From assembly GCA_965218435.1 (NCBI GenBank), contig CBDCKW010000005.1, forward strand, positions 544,001 through 608,000: a stretch of DNA of 64,000 nt. Reading direction: 5' to 3'. Shown piece after piece: positions 27,784 through 39,214 of the stretch; within the stretch, counting starts at the first letter, position 1, and each line of letters opens with the position of its first letter. A program made the translations under genes and the position numbers. This DNA is from Truepera sp. GTDB taxonomy: Bacteria; Deinococcota; Deinococci; Deinococcales; Trueperaceae. The notes under the pieces were generated by a model. The model saw nothing but the letters and a program-made list of their open reading frames with translations. It was not told the DNA's origin and did not search any database.

Positions 27784-28509
27784 TTGAACTACGTTTTAAT
27801 CCCCGGTGCTTGGATGGGCGCTTGGGTCTGGGAGCCGGTCACAGACGGGTTGCAGACACTAGGACACCAGGTCTATACGGTCACGCTCCCCGGTCTTGAG
27901 GACACCGCCGCGACGCCGGTCGCAGACGTGACGTTGCAGGCCCACGTCGAGCATGTGCTGTCGCTGCTAGAAACCCACGACCTGTACGACGTCATCGTGG
28001 TCGGGCACAGTTACTCAGGGATCGTGGCGGGGCAGGTCGCCGACCGGGCACCGGACCGGGTCGTTCACACCGTCTACGTCGACGCCTTCTTGCCGCACGA
28101 CGGGCGGTCGCTGCTCGACGCCTTTCCTGAAAGCCAGCGCGAGGACGAGCTCCGTCAGATTGCCGAACGCGGAGGGCGCTGGCCCGCCCCTGATGTCGCC
28201 GGGGCGGCGGACGGCCACGGTCTTTCGGTGACGCAGGCGAAGTGGCTGGTCGAGCGACTCGTCGATCATCCAGGGCGAACCCTCTCTGACCCCGCCGTGT
28301 TGCGGAGGCCGCTAGCCGAACAGCGCGCAACGTACATTGTGTGCGTGTTTGAGGAGTCAGAAGAGGCCGCGGCGCTGCGGAACGCGCCGACCTGGACCTT
28401 CCGCAAGCTAGAGGCCGGTCACTGGCCGATGGTGTCCACGCCCGACCAACTTGTCACATTGCTCGCTGAGGCGGCCTCTCAGTCAAGTCAGAAAGACAAC
28501 TCGCCCTAA
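27784..28509 (+). CDS. Alpha/beta hydrolase (esterase)
   Basis: PGAWMG, GHSYSG, GHWPM; SD AAGGAGG before the TTG start. Confidence 0.9.
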   Translation: MNYVLIPGAWMGAWVWEPVTDGLQTLGHQVYTVTLPGLEDTAATPVADVTLQAHVEHVLSLLETHDLYDVIVVGHSYSGIVAGQVADRAPDRVVHTVYVDAFLPHDGRSLLDAFPESQREDELRQIAERGGRWPAPDVAGAADGHGLSVTQAKWLVERLVDHPGRTLSDPAVLRRPLAEQRATYIVCVFEESEEAAALRNAPTWTFRKLEAGHWPMVSTPDQLVTLLAEAASQSSQKDNSP

Positions 28510-28970
28510 GGTACTCAGTTTTTCATCCCTTACCTAAGCACTAAATCACCTTGGAACCTTGATGTGTATTTCGGCCCTTTCGAAGCATAAGGTCATTCGC
28601 CAAAGACGCGCTCAAGTACCGCATAAAGCTAAGAATCCGCGGCTCAATTCAGTCCACTTTAGATGCTTCAGTCACCTTGACAAAACGTGGGGCGCGGCTG
28701 AGGGCGAGCAGGCCCGCACCCGTAAGGCTGACGATGCTTGCAGCAACAAACACCGTCGTGTAGTTCCCTTTACTCGAGAGCGCCGTAAAAGCAGACATCA
28801 CAGTAGTAACGTCCGTAAGCGAAGCAGGCAATCCCACACGCCCTTTGACCGATTCCTGCATGTAACTGATGGTGATGCTTGGGAGGGCTGCTGAGGGGCA
28901 TCTTCACCCCGTTATTTAACGTGACTGACGGAATAGACATGGTTCACTCTCCTTGTGATGCGTACTTGAC

Positions 28971-29958
28971 TTACTGATGCCCGACGATAGCGTGCGGTAC
29001 GTACGGTTCTTCCAGGTAGGCGACCTCTTCTGGGATCAGCTTGACGGCTAGCGCGCCGACTGCACTTTCCAGATGCGTGATCTTCGTCGCCCCGATAATT
29101 AGGTGCTGTGACCGGCTCCTTTTGTAAAAGCCACGCGAGCGCGATATGAACGCGCGGCACCCCGTGTTTTTCCGCGATTTCTGCAACCCGCGTTACGACC
29201 TGCTTGTCGGTGTCGGCGGTCGCGTCGTACTTGCTCTTGGCAATTTTGTCTGTTTCGGCGCGGAGCGAGCTGTCCGCCGACGGGTCACGCGTCAACCGTC
29301 CCGATGCAAGCGGACTGTACGGCGTCACCCCGATTCCTTCGGCGCGGCAGAGCGGCAGCATCTCCCGTTCTTCTTCACGGTAGAGGAGATTCAGGTGGTC
29401 TTGCACCGAGACAAAGCGCGTCCAGCCGTGCTTTTCGGCCACGTAGAGCGCCTTCTGGAACTGCCACGCGAACATCGCCGACGCGCCGATATAGCGGGCT
29501 TTGCCCGCCTTCACTACGTCATGCAGCGCCTCTATCGTTTCTTCGATGGGCGTCTCGTAATCCCAGCGGTGGATGATGTACAGATCGACGTAATCCGTCC
29601 CTAGCCGTTTTAAGCTGTGGTCGATTTCACTCAGAATCGCCTTACGTGAGAGCCCGCTACCGTTGGGGCCGTCGCGCATTTTGCCGTGCAGCTTGGTGGC
29701 AACGACGACTTCATCACGGTTGGCAAAATCTCTTAGTGCGCGTCCGAGAATCTCCTCGCTGGCTCCAAAAGCGTACACATTCGCCGTATCGAAAAAATTG
29801 ACCCCTAAGTCCAGCGCCTTTTTGATGATGGTGCGGCTCGCCTCCTCGTCCAGCGCCCACTCGTTATGAATCCAGCCTTCGGCGGTACCGAAACTCATAC
29901 AACCGAGGCAGATGCGAGACACGTCCACGCCCGTGTTGCCTAACTTCGTGTAGTCCAT
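28971..29958 (-). pseudogene. Aldo/keto reductase with a frameshift near 29100
   Basis: AKR motifs throughout; the conserved PIIGATK..HLESAV C-terminus continues in another frame to 28971. Confidence 0.82.
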
Positions 29959-30023
29959 AAAATCCCCTCTTCCTCAACCTGTGTTCAAGTCGTTCATAGC
30001 GTTGTCACACTCGGACGTAAACG

Positions 30024-30959
30024 TCACACAGCCTTCACCACGCGTTCCCGTCGTTCTCGGTAGAGGACGTAGAGCCCGCTCGCCAGCGCCAAAAAAGCCC
30101 CCGCCCAGGTCGTCAGCGCTGGAAGCTGGTGCCACAAAACGAAACCCCATACGACGTTGATAGGCAGCGCGACATATTCAAACGGGGCCACGACCGAGGC
30201 TAGCGCTACGCTGTAGGCTCGAGCCAAGAAATACATCCCACCCGCCCAAACCAGCCCGAGTCCCGCCATGATGACCCCATCGAGTAGGGGCGGCGTCGCC
30301 CAGGGACGAAAAAGAAAGGCGACGCTCGGGTGAGCATCCGGAAAATCGCCCACGAGGAACACTACCGGAAGCAAAACGACCGTCGCCAGCAGATAGACGA
30401 GCGAGCTGTAGTAAGCCATCGTCGCGCTGCTGTCGGTGGTTTGCAGCCTGCGCGTGAGGATGGCGGCGAGCGCGTAGAAGAGGACGGAAACCAGGATAAA
30501 TATAGAGCCCAGGTTGAAAGCTACGAAACCGGGCCGGACGATCAGTAGAACGCCGATAAACCCAACGAACAGCGCCACCCAGCGGCGTGGCCCGACGGTT
30601 TCGCCCAGCATCACCACCGATAGAGCGGTAATCATAAGCGGCCCGGAGAACTTGATCGCGGCAATTTCGGCGAGCGGTAACGCTGCCAAGCCCATGAAAT
30701 AGGTGGTGTAAGAGAAAAAATAGAACAGACCGCGAACATATTCAAGTCTGGGCCGCGTCGTGGGCGGCAGTCCCCGCCCACCCTCAAAGCGAAAAAAGAG
30801 CAGGGTGAGGGGTAAAGCGGTCAAGCTACGAAAGACGACGATTTCCAGGATAGGGTAGTCCCCGCCGATCCATTTGACGGCGACATCCTGAAGCGAAAAG
30901 ATCAGCAGACCCAGAACGAGGAAGCCGACGCCTTGGACGTTGTGACCGATTGATTTCAT
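30024..30959 (-). CDS. DMT/EamA transporter
   Basis: About ten TM helices, LGETVGPRRW, APFEY. Confidence 0.9.
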   Translation of the reverse strand: MKSIGHNVQGVGFLVLGLLIFSLQDVAVKWIGGDYPILEIVVFRSLTALPLTLLFFRFEGGRGLPPTTRPRLEYVRGLFYFFSYTTYFMGLAALPLAEIAAIKFSGPLMITALSVVMLGETVGPRRWVALFVGFIGVLLIVRPGFVAFNLGSIFILVSVLFYALAAILTRRLQTTDSSATMAYYSSLVYLLATVVLLPVVFLVGDFPDAHPSVAFLFRPWATPPLLDGVIMAGLGLVWAGGMYFLARAYSVALASVVAPFEYVALPINVVWGFVLWHQLPALTTWAGAFLALASGLYVLYRERRERVVKAV

Positions 30960-31047
30960 GCGACGGATTTCATCTCACGGCTCTCCGTCCGAGGTTCAAG
31001 ACAAGCCGCAGCGCGCCTATTGTGGTTTGTCTTGACTAATTCTGCCT

Positions 31048-31563
31048 CTACCACGCCCGGTCAACCAGCAGCGGATAAGGATTTTCGGGGTTCCAAAATC
31101 CCGTGTAGACGCCGAAGTGCAGGTGCGGCGGGGTGGTTGCGGCGTTCCCGGTAGTGCCGACGTAGCCTAGAAGCGTCTCGGTGGTGACGGCTTGCCCGTT
31201 TTCAAGCCCTTCCGCGTAGCCCGAAAGGTGGGCATAGTAGTAGCGCACCCCGCCTGCACCGACGACGGTGATGGTGTTGCCGCCGATGCCGTAGGGGCCG
31301 ATATACTCCACATAACCGGGCGTGGCTGAGTAGACGGCCGTGCCTTCAGGCGCGAAGATGTCCAAGCCCTCGTGCGAGCGTCCCTCACTGCGTGCCGCGC
31401 CCCAGGTGTCCGACACTTGGCTCAGGTACACCCCTTCTACCGGCATCAGCAGTTCAGCGTCACGCGCTGCGTTGACGAATTGGGCTTGAGCGGCGGCATA
31501 TGGTGCAACGAAAAGCAGCAGCACGAAAACCACTTTTTCCAGGCTTCTAACCGGGTGGTTCAA
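31048..31563 (-). CDS. M23 family metallopeptidase, secreted
   Basis: HEGLD, YAHL, HLHF; signal peptide. Confidence 0.92.
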   Translation of the reverse strand: MNHPVRSLEKVVFVLLLFVAPYAAAQAQFVNAARDAELLMPVEGVYLSQVSDTWGAARSEGRSHEGLDIFAPEGTAVYSATPGYVEYIGPYGIGGNTITVVGAGGVRYYYAHLSGYAEGLENGQAVTTETLLGYVGTTGNAATTPPHLHFGVYTGFWNPENPYPLLVDRAW

Positions 31564-31669
31564 AACATTTCTCCTCTCGGCGTGGTATTGATGGCGTACC
31601 AACACGGTTCAGAGCGTCATGGTGTTTCGGGCACAATCCTGACAGTCGCCGCGCGTGCCTTCCCACTAA

Positions 31670-31880
31670 TCATGAGGCGAGGTACGGGCTGGACCTGTAC
31701 TTTGCCCGGTAGGCTTCATCGATGCGATCTTGGATCGCACCCTCAATCGGCTCAAAGGTGACCTCTTTCGTTATGCCGGCGGCCACGATGCGTCCGGCTT
31801 TCTGGCGTATTGCGGCCCCGTACCAGCGCGAGTTGCGCCCGTTATAAGCCCGGACGAGTAGGGTCGCCTCGGGTGTTTCA
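31670..31880 (-). pseudogene. DUF2255 family fragment
   Basis: VRAYNGRNSRWY..GRI..IDEAYRAKY.SSPYL; N-terminus disrupted. Confidence 0.7.
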
Positions 31881-31948
31881 GGAAAAGTGCAGCGGGAGAT
31901 GAGCATGCGGGAACGGCCTCCCGAGGCTCGTTTCTCGCGCCGTATCCT

Positions 31949-32956
<1,008 letters not shown>

Positions 32957-33067
32957 TTAAGGCTGTGCCGCGAGGCAGAGGATGGCGTCGGTGGGTACGG
33001 CGATGGTCGGGTCGGGGCGCTCTTTGAAGCGCACGTCCCGGAGGCCGTACAGCATGGTTCCTTTCAT
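32957..33067 (-). pseudogene. Zn-dependent alcohol dehydrogenase N-terminal stub
   Basis: MKGTMLYGLRDVRFKERPDPTIAVPTDAI with SD; stops after 36 codons. Confidence 0.65.
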
Positions 33068-33139
33068 GGTGGTTCTCCTCTCTAACGGAAAGTTTGTCTG
33101 GGACTGCCTCTGGCGTGGTTTCTGGCGTCACGCTGAACG

Positions 33140-33357
33140 GCAAAGAGGCCGGAGATGGCAATAGCCCGGCCCGCCTGCCCCTCGGTTATTTCCAGGTCGG
33201 TCGCGATTGGCGTCAGCAAGCTGACGGACATGAACTCGGACGCGATCAGCGTCCCGACGCCCACGGTGAGGGCGAAGACGGCCCCCCACGGTGGGGCAAG
33301 CCCTGCGGGCGCGTTAGTTTCCTGAGCGGTATAGGCTGACGTGTTACTCAATTTCAT
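33140..33357 (-). pseudogene. MFS (NepI/DHA1-like) N-terminal fragment
   Basis: WGAVFAL..ASEFMSVSLLTPIATDL.ITEGQAG; truncated. Confidence 0.75.
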
Positions 33358-33701
33358 AGACTCACCATCACGCGGACGTTCCCCTTGCCGAGTGCGTCCG
33401 ACAATCCCGCCGTGTCGTCAAGCCGCCCCAGTCGGGTGTAGCTGTACGAAGACTGGAAACCCTGGTAGAAGAGCACCAGGCAGTCGGAGCCGTAGAGCAT
33501 CAGGTCGCCTGTCTCGATGTTCCCTACCCGCTGCGGGTCGGTCGGCAGCCTTGCGGTCAGGTTGACGTACTTCTCGTTGCCGTTCAGCTCAATCATGGCG
33601 AACGTCAGGGGGAGCTGCTCCTGTAGCGCCTGCGTCGAAGCGTTGTCAAGAAGCGTCGCAGTGAATGTCTTGGTTCCGACCTGGATAGTAGCTTTACTCA
33701 T
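33354..33701 (-). CDS. Cyclophilin-like fold protein
   Basis: LPLT..M.ELNGNEKY..GDLMLYG..LVLFY..YSYTRLG. Confidence 0.85.
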   Translation of the reverse strand: MSKATIQVGTKTFTATLLDNASTQALQEQLPLTFAMIELNGNEKYVNLTARLPTDPQRVGNIETGDLMLYGSDCLVLFYQGFQSSYSYTRLGRLDDTAGLSDALGKGNVRVMVSL

Positions 33702-33711
33702 GGCTTCCCCG

Positions 33712-34476
33712 TTACTGCGCGGTGTATCCACCATCGACCGAGAGGGCGTGGCCGATGACGAAGCCCGCGCCAGGGCTGCACAGCCAGAGGACGGCCGAGG
33801 CGACCTCTTCGGGCTTGCCCAGCCTGCCGGTTGGCTGGTTCTTCAGCATGTCCTCTTTGGTGATGCCTTCATTCACGAACATGTCCGCCACCATCGGCGT
33901 GTCGATGGCTCCAGGGCAGACCGCATTGATGCGGATGCCCCTGGCGGCGTACTCGAGCCCGGCGCTTTTCGTAAGTCCGATCACCCCGTGCTTAGAGGCA
34001 TGGTAGATGGCGCGCCTTGGAATGCCGATCAGCCCGCCGATGGACGAGTTGTTGACGATCGCCCCGCTGCCCCGCTCGCGCATCTGGCGCAGCTCATACT
34101 TCATGCAGTTCCACACGCCCCGGAGGTTGATGGCGTTGACGCGTTCAAACTCTTCGCCGGTGGCGTCGGCCGTTTCGACCGGCAGCGATTGGATGCCCGC
34201 GTTGTTGAAAGCTGCGTCGAGGCGTCCGAAGGTGACGACGGTCTGCTCGACCATAGCGGCGACGTTCGCCTCGTCGGTCACGTCGCAGCGGATGGCGAGC
34301 GCCTGGTGCCCGGAAGCGTTCAGCTCATCGGCCACGGTCTTCACCGAGTCCTCGTTGATGTCGGCCAGGACGACCGCAGCGCCCGACTCCGCGAAGGCTC
34401 TGGCGGTCGCTTGGCCCATGCCTAGGCCCGCGCCGGTGACGAGTGCCACCTGATTCTCAAAAGACAGATTCATCAT
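33712..34476 (-). CDS. SDR oxidoreductase
   Basis: TGAGLGMG, NNAG, YHASK. Confidence 0.95.
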   Translation of the reverse strand: MMNLSFENQVALVTGAGLGMGQATARAFAESGAAVVLADINEDSVKTVADELNASGHQALAIRCDVTDEANVAAMVEQTVVTFGRLDAAFNNAGIQSLPVETADATGEEFERVNAINLRGVWNCMKYELRQMRERGSGAIVNNSSIGGLIGIPRRAIYHASKHGVIGLTKSAGLEYAARGIRINAVCPGAIDTPMVADMFVNEGITKEDMLKNQPTGRLGKPEEVASAVLWLCSPGAGFVIGHALSVDGGYTAQ

Positions 34477-34519
34477 TCCTCCTGATTCATGTTGCGTTGG
34501 CTACTTCGGGTTGCCCGGA

Positions 34520-34963
34520 CTACTGGCGCTCGTAAGTCACTCGGAAGTACTCATCGGGGCTCGTGGGGGTGAGGACGAGTTGGTCCTCCGTGACCTCAAA
34601 AGCGCGCTCCAAATCCTGCCCGATGAGATCGCGGACGAGAGAAGAACCTACCGTGACGACAAATGTCTTCGCCTCATCGTCAACGGCGATACGGCCATAA
34701 AACGCCTCATAGCCGTTGATGGTGTAGGGGGTGGGGGCGGCGTCGGCGTCCGGGTTCATGGCCTGAACCGACATCGTGCCCGAGTCCGTGAACACGATCT
34801 GCCCGGAGTAGGGCACTTCTTGGAGGTCGTCTGCCGAGGTGCCGCTCTCGAGCGAGGTCATGCGCCAGACGCCAGAGAGCAACGACGCGCTGTCTTGGGC
34901 TAGAGCTAAGGTCGCGACGGTGAGAGCGAAAGCGAAAAGAGAAGTTTTGTTGATGAAGGTCAT
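34520..34963 (-). CDS. Secreted lipocalin-like domain protein
   Basis: Signal peptide, LSGVWRM..GQIVFT..G.MSVQ..YEAFYG. Confidence 0.7.
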   Translation of the reverse strand: MTFINKTSLFAFALTVATLALAQDSASLLSGVWRMTSLESGTSADDLQEVPYSGQIVFTDSGTMSVQAMNPDADAAPTPYTINGYEAFYGRIAVDDEAKTFVVTVGSSLVRDLIGQDLERAFEVTEDQLVLTPTSPDEYFRVTYERQ

Positions 34964-35063
34964 TTCGGTATCTCCTTAAAGTTGAGATTGGAAAAGTTCG
35001 GATGTCTGGGCGTTACGCTCCGTGAAGCACATAGCGCCGGGTCCATTCAGGCCGCTACTCCGA

Positions 35064-35450
35064 TTAGGTAATCGCGCTATCAACCGGGGCGTTGTCAACG
35101 TAGATACGCTGATCAGTGAACCTGCCGTCGCGGACTGTGAAGATCGAGCAGGCGTCGATCTCGGTAACGGTGTCGTCGTGAAGGTGCCAGACGCTGGTGA
35201 CTTCGAGGATGATTACCCCGTCGTCTTCCTGCCAGACGTTGATCAGCGGGTGGGCCAGTGACTTTACCTTGGCGAGTAACGACGCCATCCGTTCCAAAAT
35301 GGCGTCGCGCCCGGTGATGGTCGGCGCGTTCGCGAACGTCTGGGTAATGTTGTCGGCGTAGTAGGCACCGAGGCGCGCGAGGTCCTTGGACTCCATAGCG
35401 TCGAAGTAGTCCGTCAGGAGGTCGATTGTGGCCTGATTGGCGCGGGGCAT
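35064..35450 (-). CDS. SnoaL/NTF2-like protein
   Basis: YFDAME..YADN..GRDAI..DGRFTDQRIYVD. Confidence 0.85.
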   Translation of the reverse strand: MPRANQATIDLLTDYFDAMESKDLARLGAYYADNITQTFANAPTITGRDAILERMASLLAKVKSLAHPLINVWQEDDGVIILEVTSVWHLHDDTVTEIDACSIFTVRDGRFTDQRIYVDNAPVDSAIT

Positions 35451-35486
35451 AGGAGGTCCCTTCCGTTGTTAGTGCGGCCGAGCAGC

Positions 35487-36533
35487 TCAGCCGTTCGAGG
35501 CTGGGTCGGCTGCTGTGGAGGGCCGTTCCGGTCCGTCGCCCGCACTGTGCTCAAAGGCTGCCGACTCGTGGGCCAGCGCCGTGAGCGCGTCGCGCTGCGC
35601 CGGTTCGAGCTGGACGTCGGCTGCTGTCGCGTTCGCGCGGAGCTCGTCCGGGGTCTCGGCACCCACGATTACCGACGTGACCGCCGGGCGCGACAACAGC
35701 CAGGCGAGCGAGACCTGATACGGCTGCCGTCCCCATTCACGGCTGAGCCGCTCGACCTCGCGGGCAATGGCGATTTCGGACTCGGGAAACCCGGCACCCT
35801 GGAAACGCTGGTCGCCGACGACGTCCCGGTCGAGCACGCCGAGGTCGGCGAGCAGACCGCCGTGCAGCGGCGCGTAGGGGATGATCGACAGCCCGAACTG
35901 CGTGCAGGCGGGCGCGAGTTCGCGTTCAGCAGCCCGGTCGATGAGGTTGTACTTCACCTGCACGGCGACGGGCGCGTTCAAGCGACGATCATCCGCGATC
36001 CACAGGGCGTGCGTGACCTGCCAAGCGGGGTGGTTGCTTAAGCCGACGTAGCGGATCTTGCCCTGCCGGATGAGGTCGTCGTACACCGCGAGGGTCTGCT
36101 CTAGCGGGGTGTCCGGGTCGGGGTCGTGGGCGTAGTACAGGTCGATGTAGTCGGTTCCCAAACGGCGCAAGCTCGTCTCGACTTGGCGGATGATGTGGCG
36201 GCGCGACAGGCCGCGGTCGTTGACCCCGTGCCCGACAATCCCATTGGACTTGGTGGCGATCACCACCTCGTCGCGGCGACCGCGTAGGGCTCGGCCAAGG
36301 AGCTGCTCGGCGGGTTCCCGGTCGGCGGCGGCAGGCGCACCTGGCCGGTCGAAGACGGGCATGTTGCCGTACACATCGGCGGTGTCGATAAAGTTGACGC
36401 CGAGGTCGAGCGCTTCGCCGACGAGCCGGTCGGTGTGCTCCGCGGTTGGCGCGACGCCGAAGGTGGCGGTACCGAGCGCGATGCGGGATACTCTGATGCC
36501 GGTGGAACCGAGGATAGCGTACTGCATAAACAA
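35487..36533 (-). CDS. Aldo/keto reductase
   Basis: LGTATFG, DTADVY, DLYYAH, GLSNH, APLHGG. Confidence 0.93.
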   Translation of the reverse strand: MFMQYAILGSTGIRVSRIALGTATFGVAPTAEHTDRLVGEALDLGVNFIDTADVYGNMPVFDRPGAPAAADREPAEQLLGRALRGRRDEVVIATKSNGIVGHGVNDRGLSRRHIIRQVETSLRRLGTDYIDLYYAHDPDPDTPLEQTLAVYDDLIRQGKIRYVGLSNHPAWQVTHALWIADDRRLNAPVAVQVKYNLIDRAAERELAPACTQFGLSIIPYAPLHGGLLADLGVLDRDVVGDQRFQGAGFPESEIAIAREVERLSREWGRQPYQVSLAWLLSRPAVTSVIVGAETPDELRANATAADVQLEPAQRDALTALAHESAAFEHSAGDGPERPSTAADPASNG

Positions 36534-36590
36534 CCTCCTTCTCGAGTGGGCGGGTCAGACAGCGTAGAGCAGACCCGCTTTTGTTTTCTG

Positions 36591-37322
36591 CTAATCCAAT
36601 GAGACTTCGGTAAACCGGGCCAAGGCGTCCAGCAGCTCGTCCTGGAAGCGCTGATCGTGAACAGCGGGCTTCGGGTCGGTGCGGCGCTGGTGGTACCAGT
36701 ACCCGCCCGAGGTTTTTGCCTCCGGGTCTTCGCTGGTGGCGAGCCATGTCTGGGTCGTGTGACCGAGTTCCAGGTCGTCGGTCGCACCTACGCCACCCAT
36801 CTTCGTAGGTACCCAGCCGGGATCGACGGCGTTGCTCAGCACTTCCGGCCACAACCGGGCGACGGCCATCGCGAGCGCCGTGACGAACAACTTGCTGTCC
36901 GAATACGAGCCGCTTGTACCCCGCCCGCGCCAGTCCATTCCCGTTAGGTCGGCCCGCCCGCCGCTGTGCATACTGCTGCTGAGGTAGATCAGGCGCTGCG
37001 GTCGGTCGATGTGCGCGGTGAGCAGATACGGGGCGACTACGTTGACGGGCAGTATGGCTGACCCGCTGCCGATGCCAGCGTTGTGGATCACCGCGTCCAT
37101 CCGCCCGAGGCGGTTCACCTGGTCAGCGACGCTATGTGTCTCCTTAAGGTCGGCTAGATCGCCGACGACAGCCTCAGCTCCGCGATCTAGCAGGTCGCGC
37201 ACGGCGTCAAGGCGCTGGGGGGTGCGCGTGTGTACGACAACCTTATGGCCGTTTTCTAAAAGAGCTTGAGCGGCAGCGCGTCCGAGGCCGTCCGCCGAAC
37301 CCGTGACGAACACGCGGTTCAT
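36591..37322 (-). CDS. SDR oxidoreductase
   Basis: TGSADGLG, HNAG, YSDSK. Confidence 0.92.
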   Translation of the reverse strand: MNRVFVTGSADGLGRAAAQALLENGHKVVVHTRTPQRLDAVRDLLDRGAEAVVGDLADLKETHSVADQVNRLGRMDAVIHNAGIGSGSAILPVNVVAPYLLTAHIDRPQRLIYLSSSMHSGGRADLTGMDWRGRGTSGSYSDSKLFVTALAMAVARLWPEVLSNAVDPGWVPTKMGGVGATDDLELGHTTQTWLATSEDPEAKTSGGYWYHQRRTDPKPAVHDQRFQDELLDALARFTEVSLD

Positions 37323-37393
37323 GAAGACAAAACCGTGAGTTTCTGATTGGAGGTCATTTCATCTCCTTGAGATAAGAATGTGTCGGAGTTCAG

Positions 37394-37897
37394 CTACTGT
37401 GGGATGAGCTGGGCGCATACGGGGCCGGTTTCGAGGTCGTTAAGGCGTTCCTGGCCGGACACGATGGTGCCGATCGGAATCACCTGGTCGTCGTAGGACG
37501 TATCGCGGCGCTTGGCGTCGTAGAAAAAGCCGAGGTTGCCCCAGGGGACGAAATAGATGAGGTCGCCGTTAGCGGGAGGGCTACCGCTCGAGCCTTCGGT
37601 GCTTAGGTCGCGCGGAAGGTAGCTGAGTTTCTCCATGCTGGCAAAATCCTCGAATTCCAAAGTGAGGGGCAGCCTGGACGCGAAGTCGCGGCTGGTGGGG
37701 TTGTCGGCAAGCTGGACGATGATCTCGGTATCACCGACGGTGAAGCGCGCGCGCGTCTCAGTAGCTGTTTCCTGCGCCGGTGCAGCTGTTCTACACGCCT
37801 CCGGTGTAACGGGCGCAGCGGCGCAGGCCGAGGTGAGGAGCAGCGCTCTAAGGATGAACGTGGCGAGGGTGGCGGGTGCGCGTAGGGTAAGGCCCAT
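37394..37897 (-). CDS. Exported cyclophilin-like fold protein
   Basis: DNPTSRDFASRLPLTL..EK..GDLIYFVPWGNL; hydrophobic leader. Confidence 0.8.
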   Translation of the reverse strand: MGLTLRAPATLATFILRALLLTSACAAAPVTPEACRTAAPAQETATETRARFTVGDTEIIVQLADNPTSRDFASRLPLTLEFEDFASMEKLSYLPRDLSTEGSSGSPPANGDLIYFVPWGNLGFFYDAKRRDTSYDDQVIPIGTIVSGQERLNDLETGPVCAQLIPQ

Positions 37898-38292
37898 CAG
37901 CCTTGGTACTGCGCATCATTGACAGGCTCGAGCCACTCGACGACTTCGCCCCCTTGCGCCTCATGAATAGCGATGTGTGTCATGGCGGTGGTGGGACTCG
38001 CACCGTGCCAGTGCTTCTCACCCGGCTCGAACCAGATCACGTCTCCGGGCCGGATTTCCTCGACCTGACCCCCTTCGCGCTGGACGAGCCCGAGCCCGAA
38101 GGTCACGATGAGCGTTTGCCCCAAGGGGTGCGTGTGCCAGTTGGTGCGCGCTCCAGGTTCAAAGGTAACCGTTGCGCCCCTGATACGCGCATCGTTCGTG
38201 CTCTGAAAGGGAGCATCGAGGCGAACGGTGCCGGTAAACCAGTCCGACGGTCCTTTCGCCGAGGGTTGTGAACCGTTTTTCTGAATGTTCAT
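37897..38292 (-). CDS. Cupin domain protein
   Basis: [28 protein letters not shown]. Confidence 0.92.
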   Translation of the reverse strand: MNIQKNGSQPSAKGPSDWFTGTVRLDAPFQSTNDARIRGATVTFEPGARTNWHTHPLGQTLIVTFGLGLVQREGGQVEEIRPGDVIWFEPGEKHWHGASPTTAMTHIAIHEAQGGEVVEWLEPVNDAQYQG

Positions 38293-38314
38293 GACTTCAA
38301 TCCTTTCTTCGTTC

Positions 38315-39058
38315 CTACCAAGGCTGTGAAGCCGGACCGACGGTGAACTCGCTGATGGTGGTGTCTTCCGGCTGATCGATGGCAATAGCCACAACACTTG
38401 CAATGCGATCCGGCGAGATGCCGTACTGGTCGTAAATTCCCCCCATGCCTTCGGCTGTACCCTCGTGCGAGATCGTGCCTAACAGTTCGGTGTTGATCGC
38501 AGCGGGATAGATGGTTGCCGTGCGGATGTTGGTGCCCTCCTGGGCCGATTCCATCCGCAGGACTTCCATGAAGTCGCGTACGAACCATTTCGTCCCGCCG
38601 TAGACTGCGCCACCCGGATAGGCTTTGAGCCCGGCGACCGACGAGGTGGTAATGACGTGCCCAGACTTTTGTTGGGTAAACGTCGGCAGCACAGCGGCGA
38701 CGCCGTTTAACACACCCTTGATGTTGACATCGACCATGCGATCCCAGTCATCGGTTTTTAGGGCGGAGAGCGGCGAATTCGGCATGATGCCTGCGTTCAG
38801 GAAGACCACATCGACGCCCCCGAACGTCTCCTTTGCGAGTTCGACTAGGGCAGCGCTATCAGCTGGGTCAGTCACGTCTGTCACCCGGTAGGCCGCTTGT
38901 CCGCTTGCCCCCTTGATAGCCTCGACCAACTCCTTAAGCTCATTTTCGCGCCTTGCGCCCAGCACAACTTTAGCGCCTCGACTGGCGAGCAGCTTCGCTG
39001 TCGCTTCCCCGATGCCTGACGATGCGCCGGTAATAATCACAACTTTGTCCTTAACCAT
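38315..39058 (-). CDS. SDR oxidoreductase
   Basis: [17 protein letters not shown]. Confidence 0.95.
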   Translation of the reverse strand: MVKDKVVIITGASSGIGEATAKLLASRGAKVVLGARRENELKELVEAIKGASGQAAYRVTDVTDPADSAALVELAKETFGGVDVVFLNAGIMPNSPLSALKTDDWDRMVDVNIKGVLNGVAAVLPTFTQQKSGHVITTSSVAGLKAYPGGAVYGGTKWFVRDFMEVLRMESAQEGTNIRTATIYPAAINTELLGTISHEGTAEGMGGIYDQYGISPDRIASVVAIAIDQPEDTTISEFTVGPASQPW

Positions 39059-39214
39059 TTTTATCCCTTCGTCGGTAAGGCTGGCCTTTCAACCATCCGT
39101 TTCCGATCCGCTATTGAAGAATAGTTCGGATTGTTGACTGGGTGTTAGAACGATTGTCCGGAATAGTTGCGCTATCCTGCAAAAGGGTGGACATCTTCAG
39201 GATGGAAAGTCAAC

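Noticed and set aside
28649..28861. Short hydrophobic ORF, possibly an MFS tail
   Set aside because: Too little similarity to assign.
33517..34425. Long antisense ORFs (also 5773-6630 and 35466-36041)
   Set aside because: These are shadow frames of GC-rich genes that have clear motifs on the other strand.
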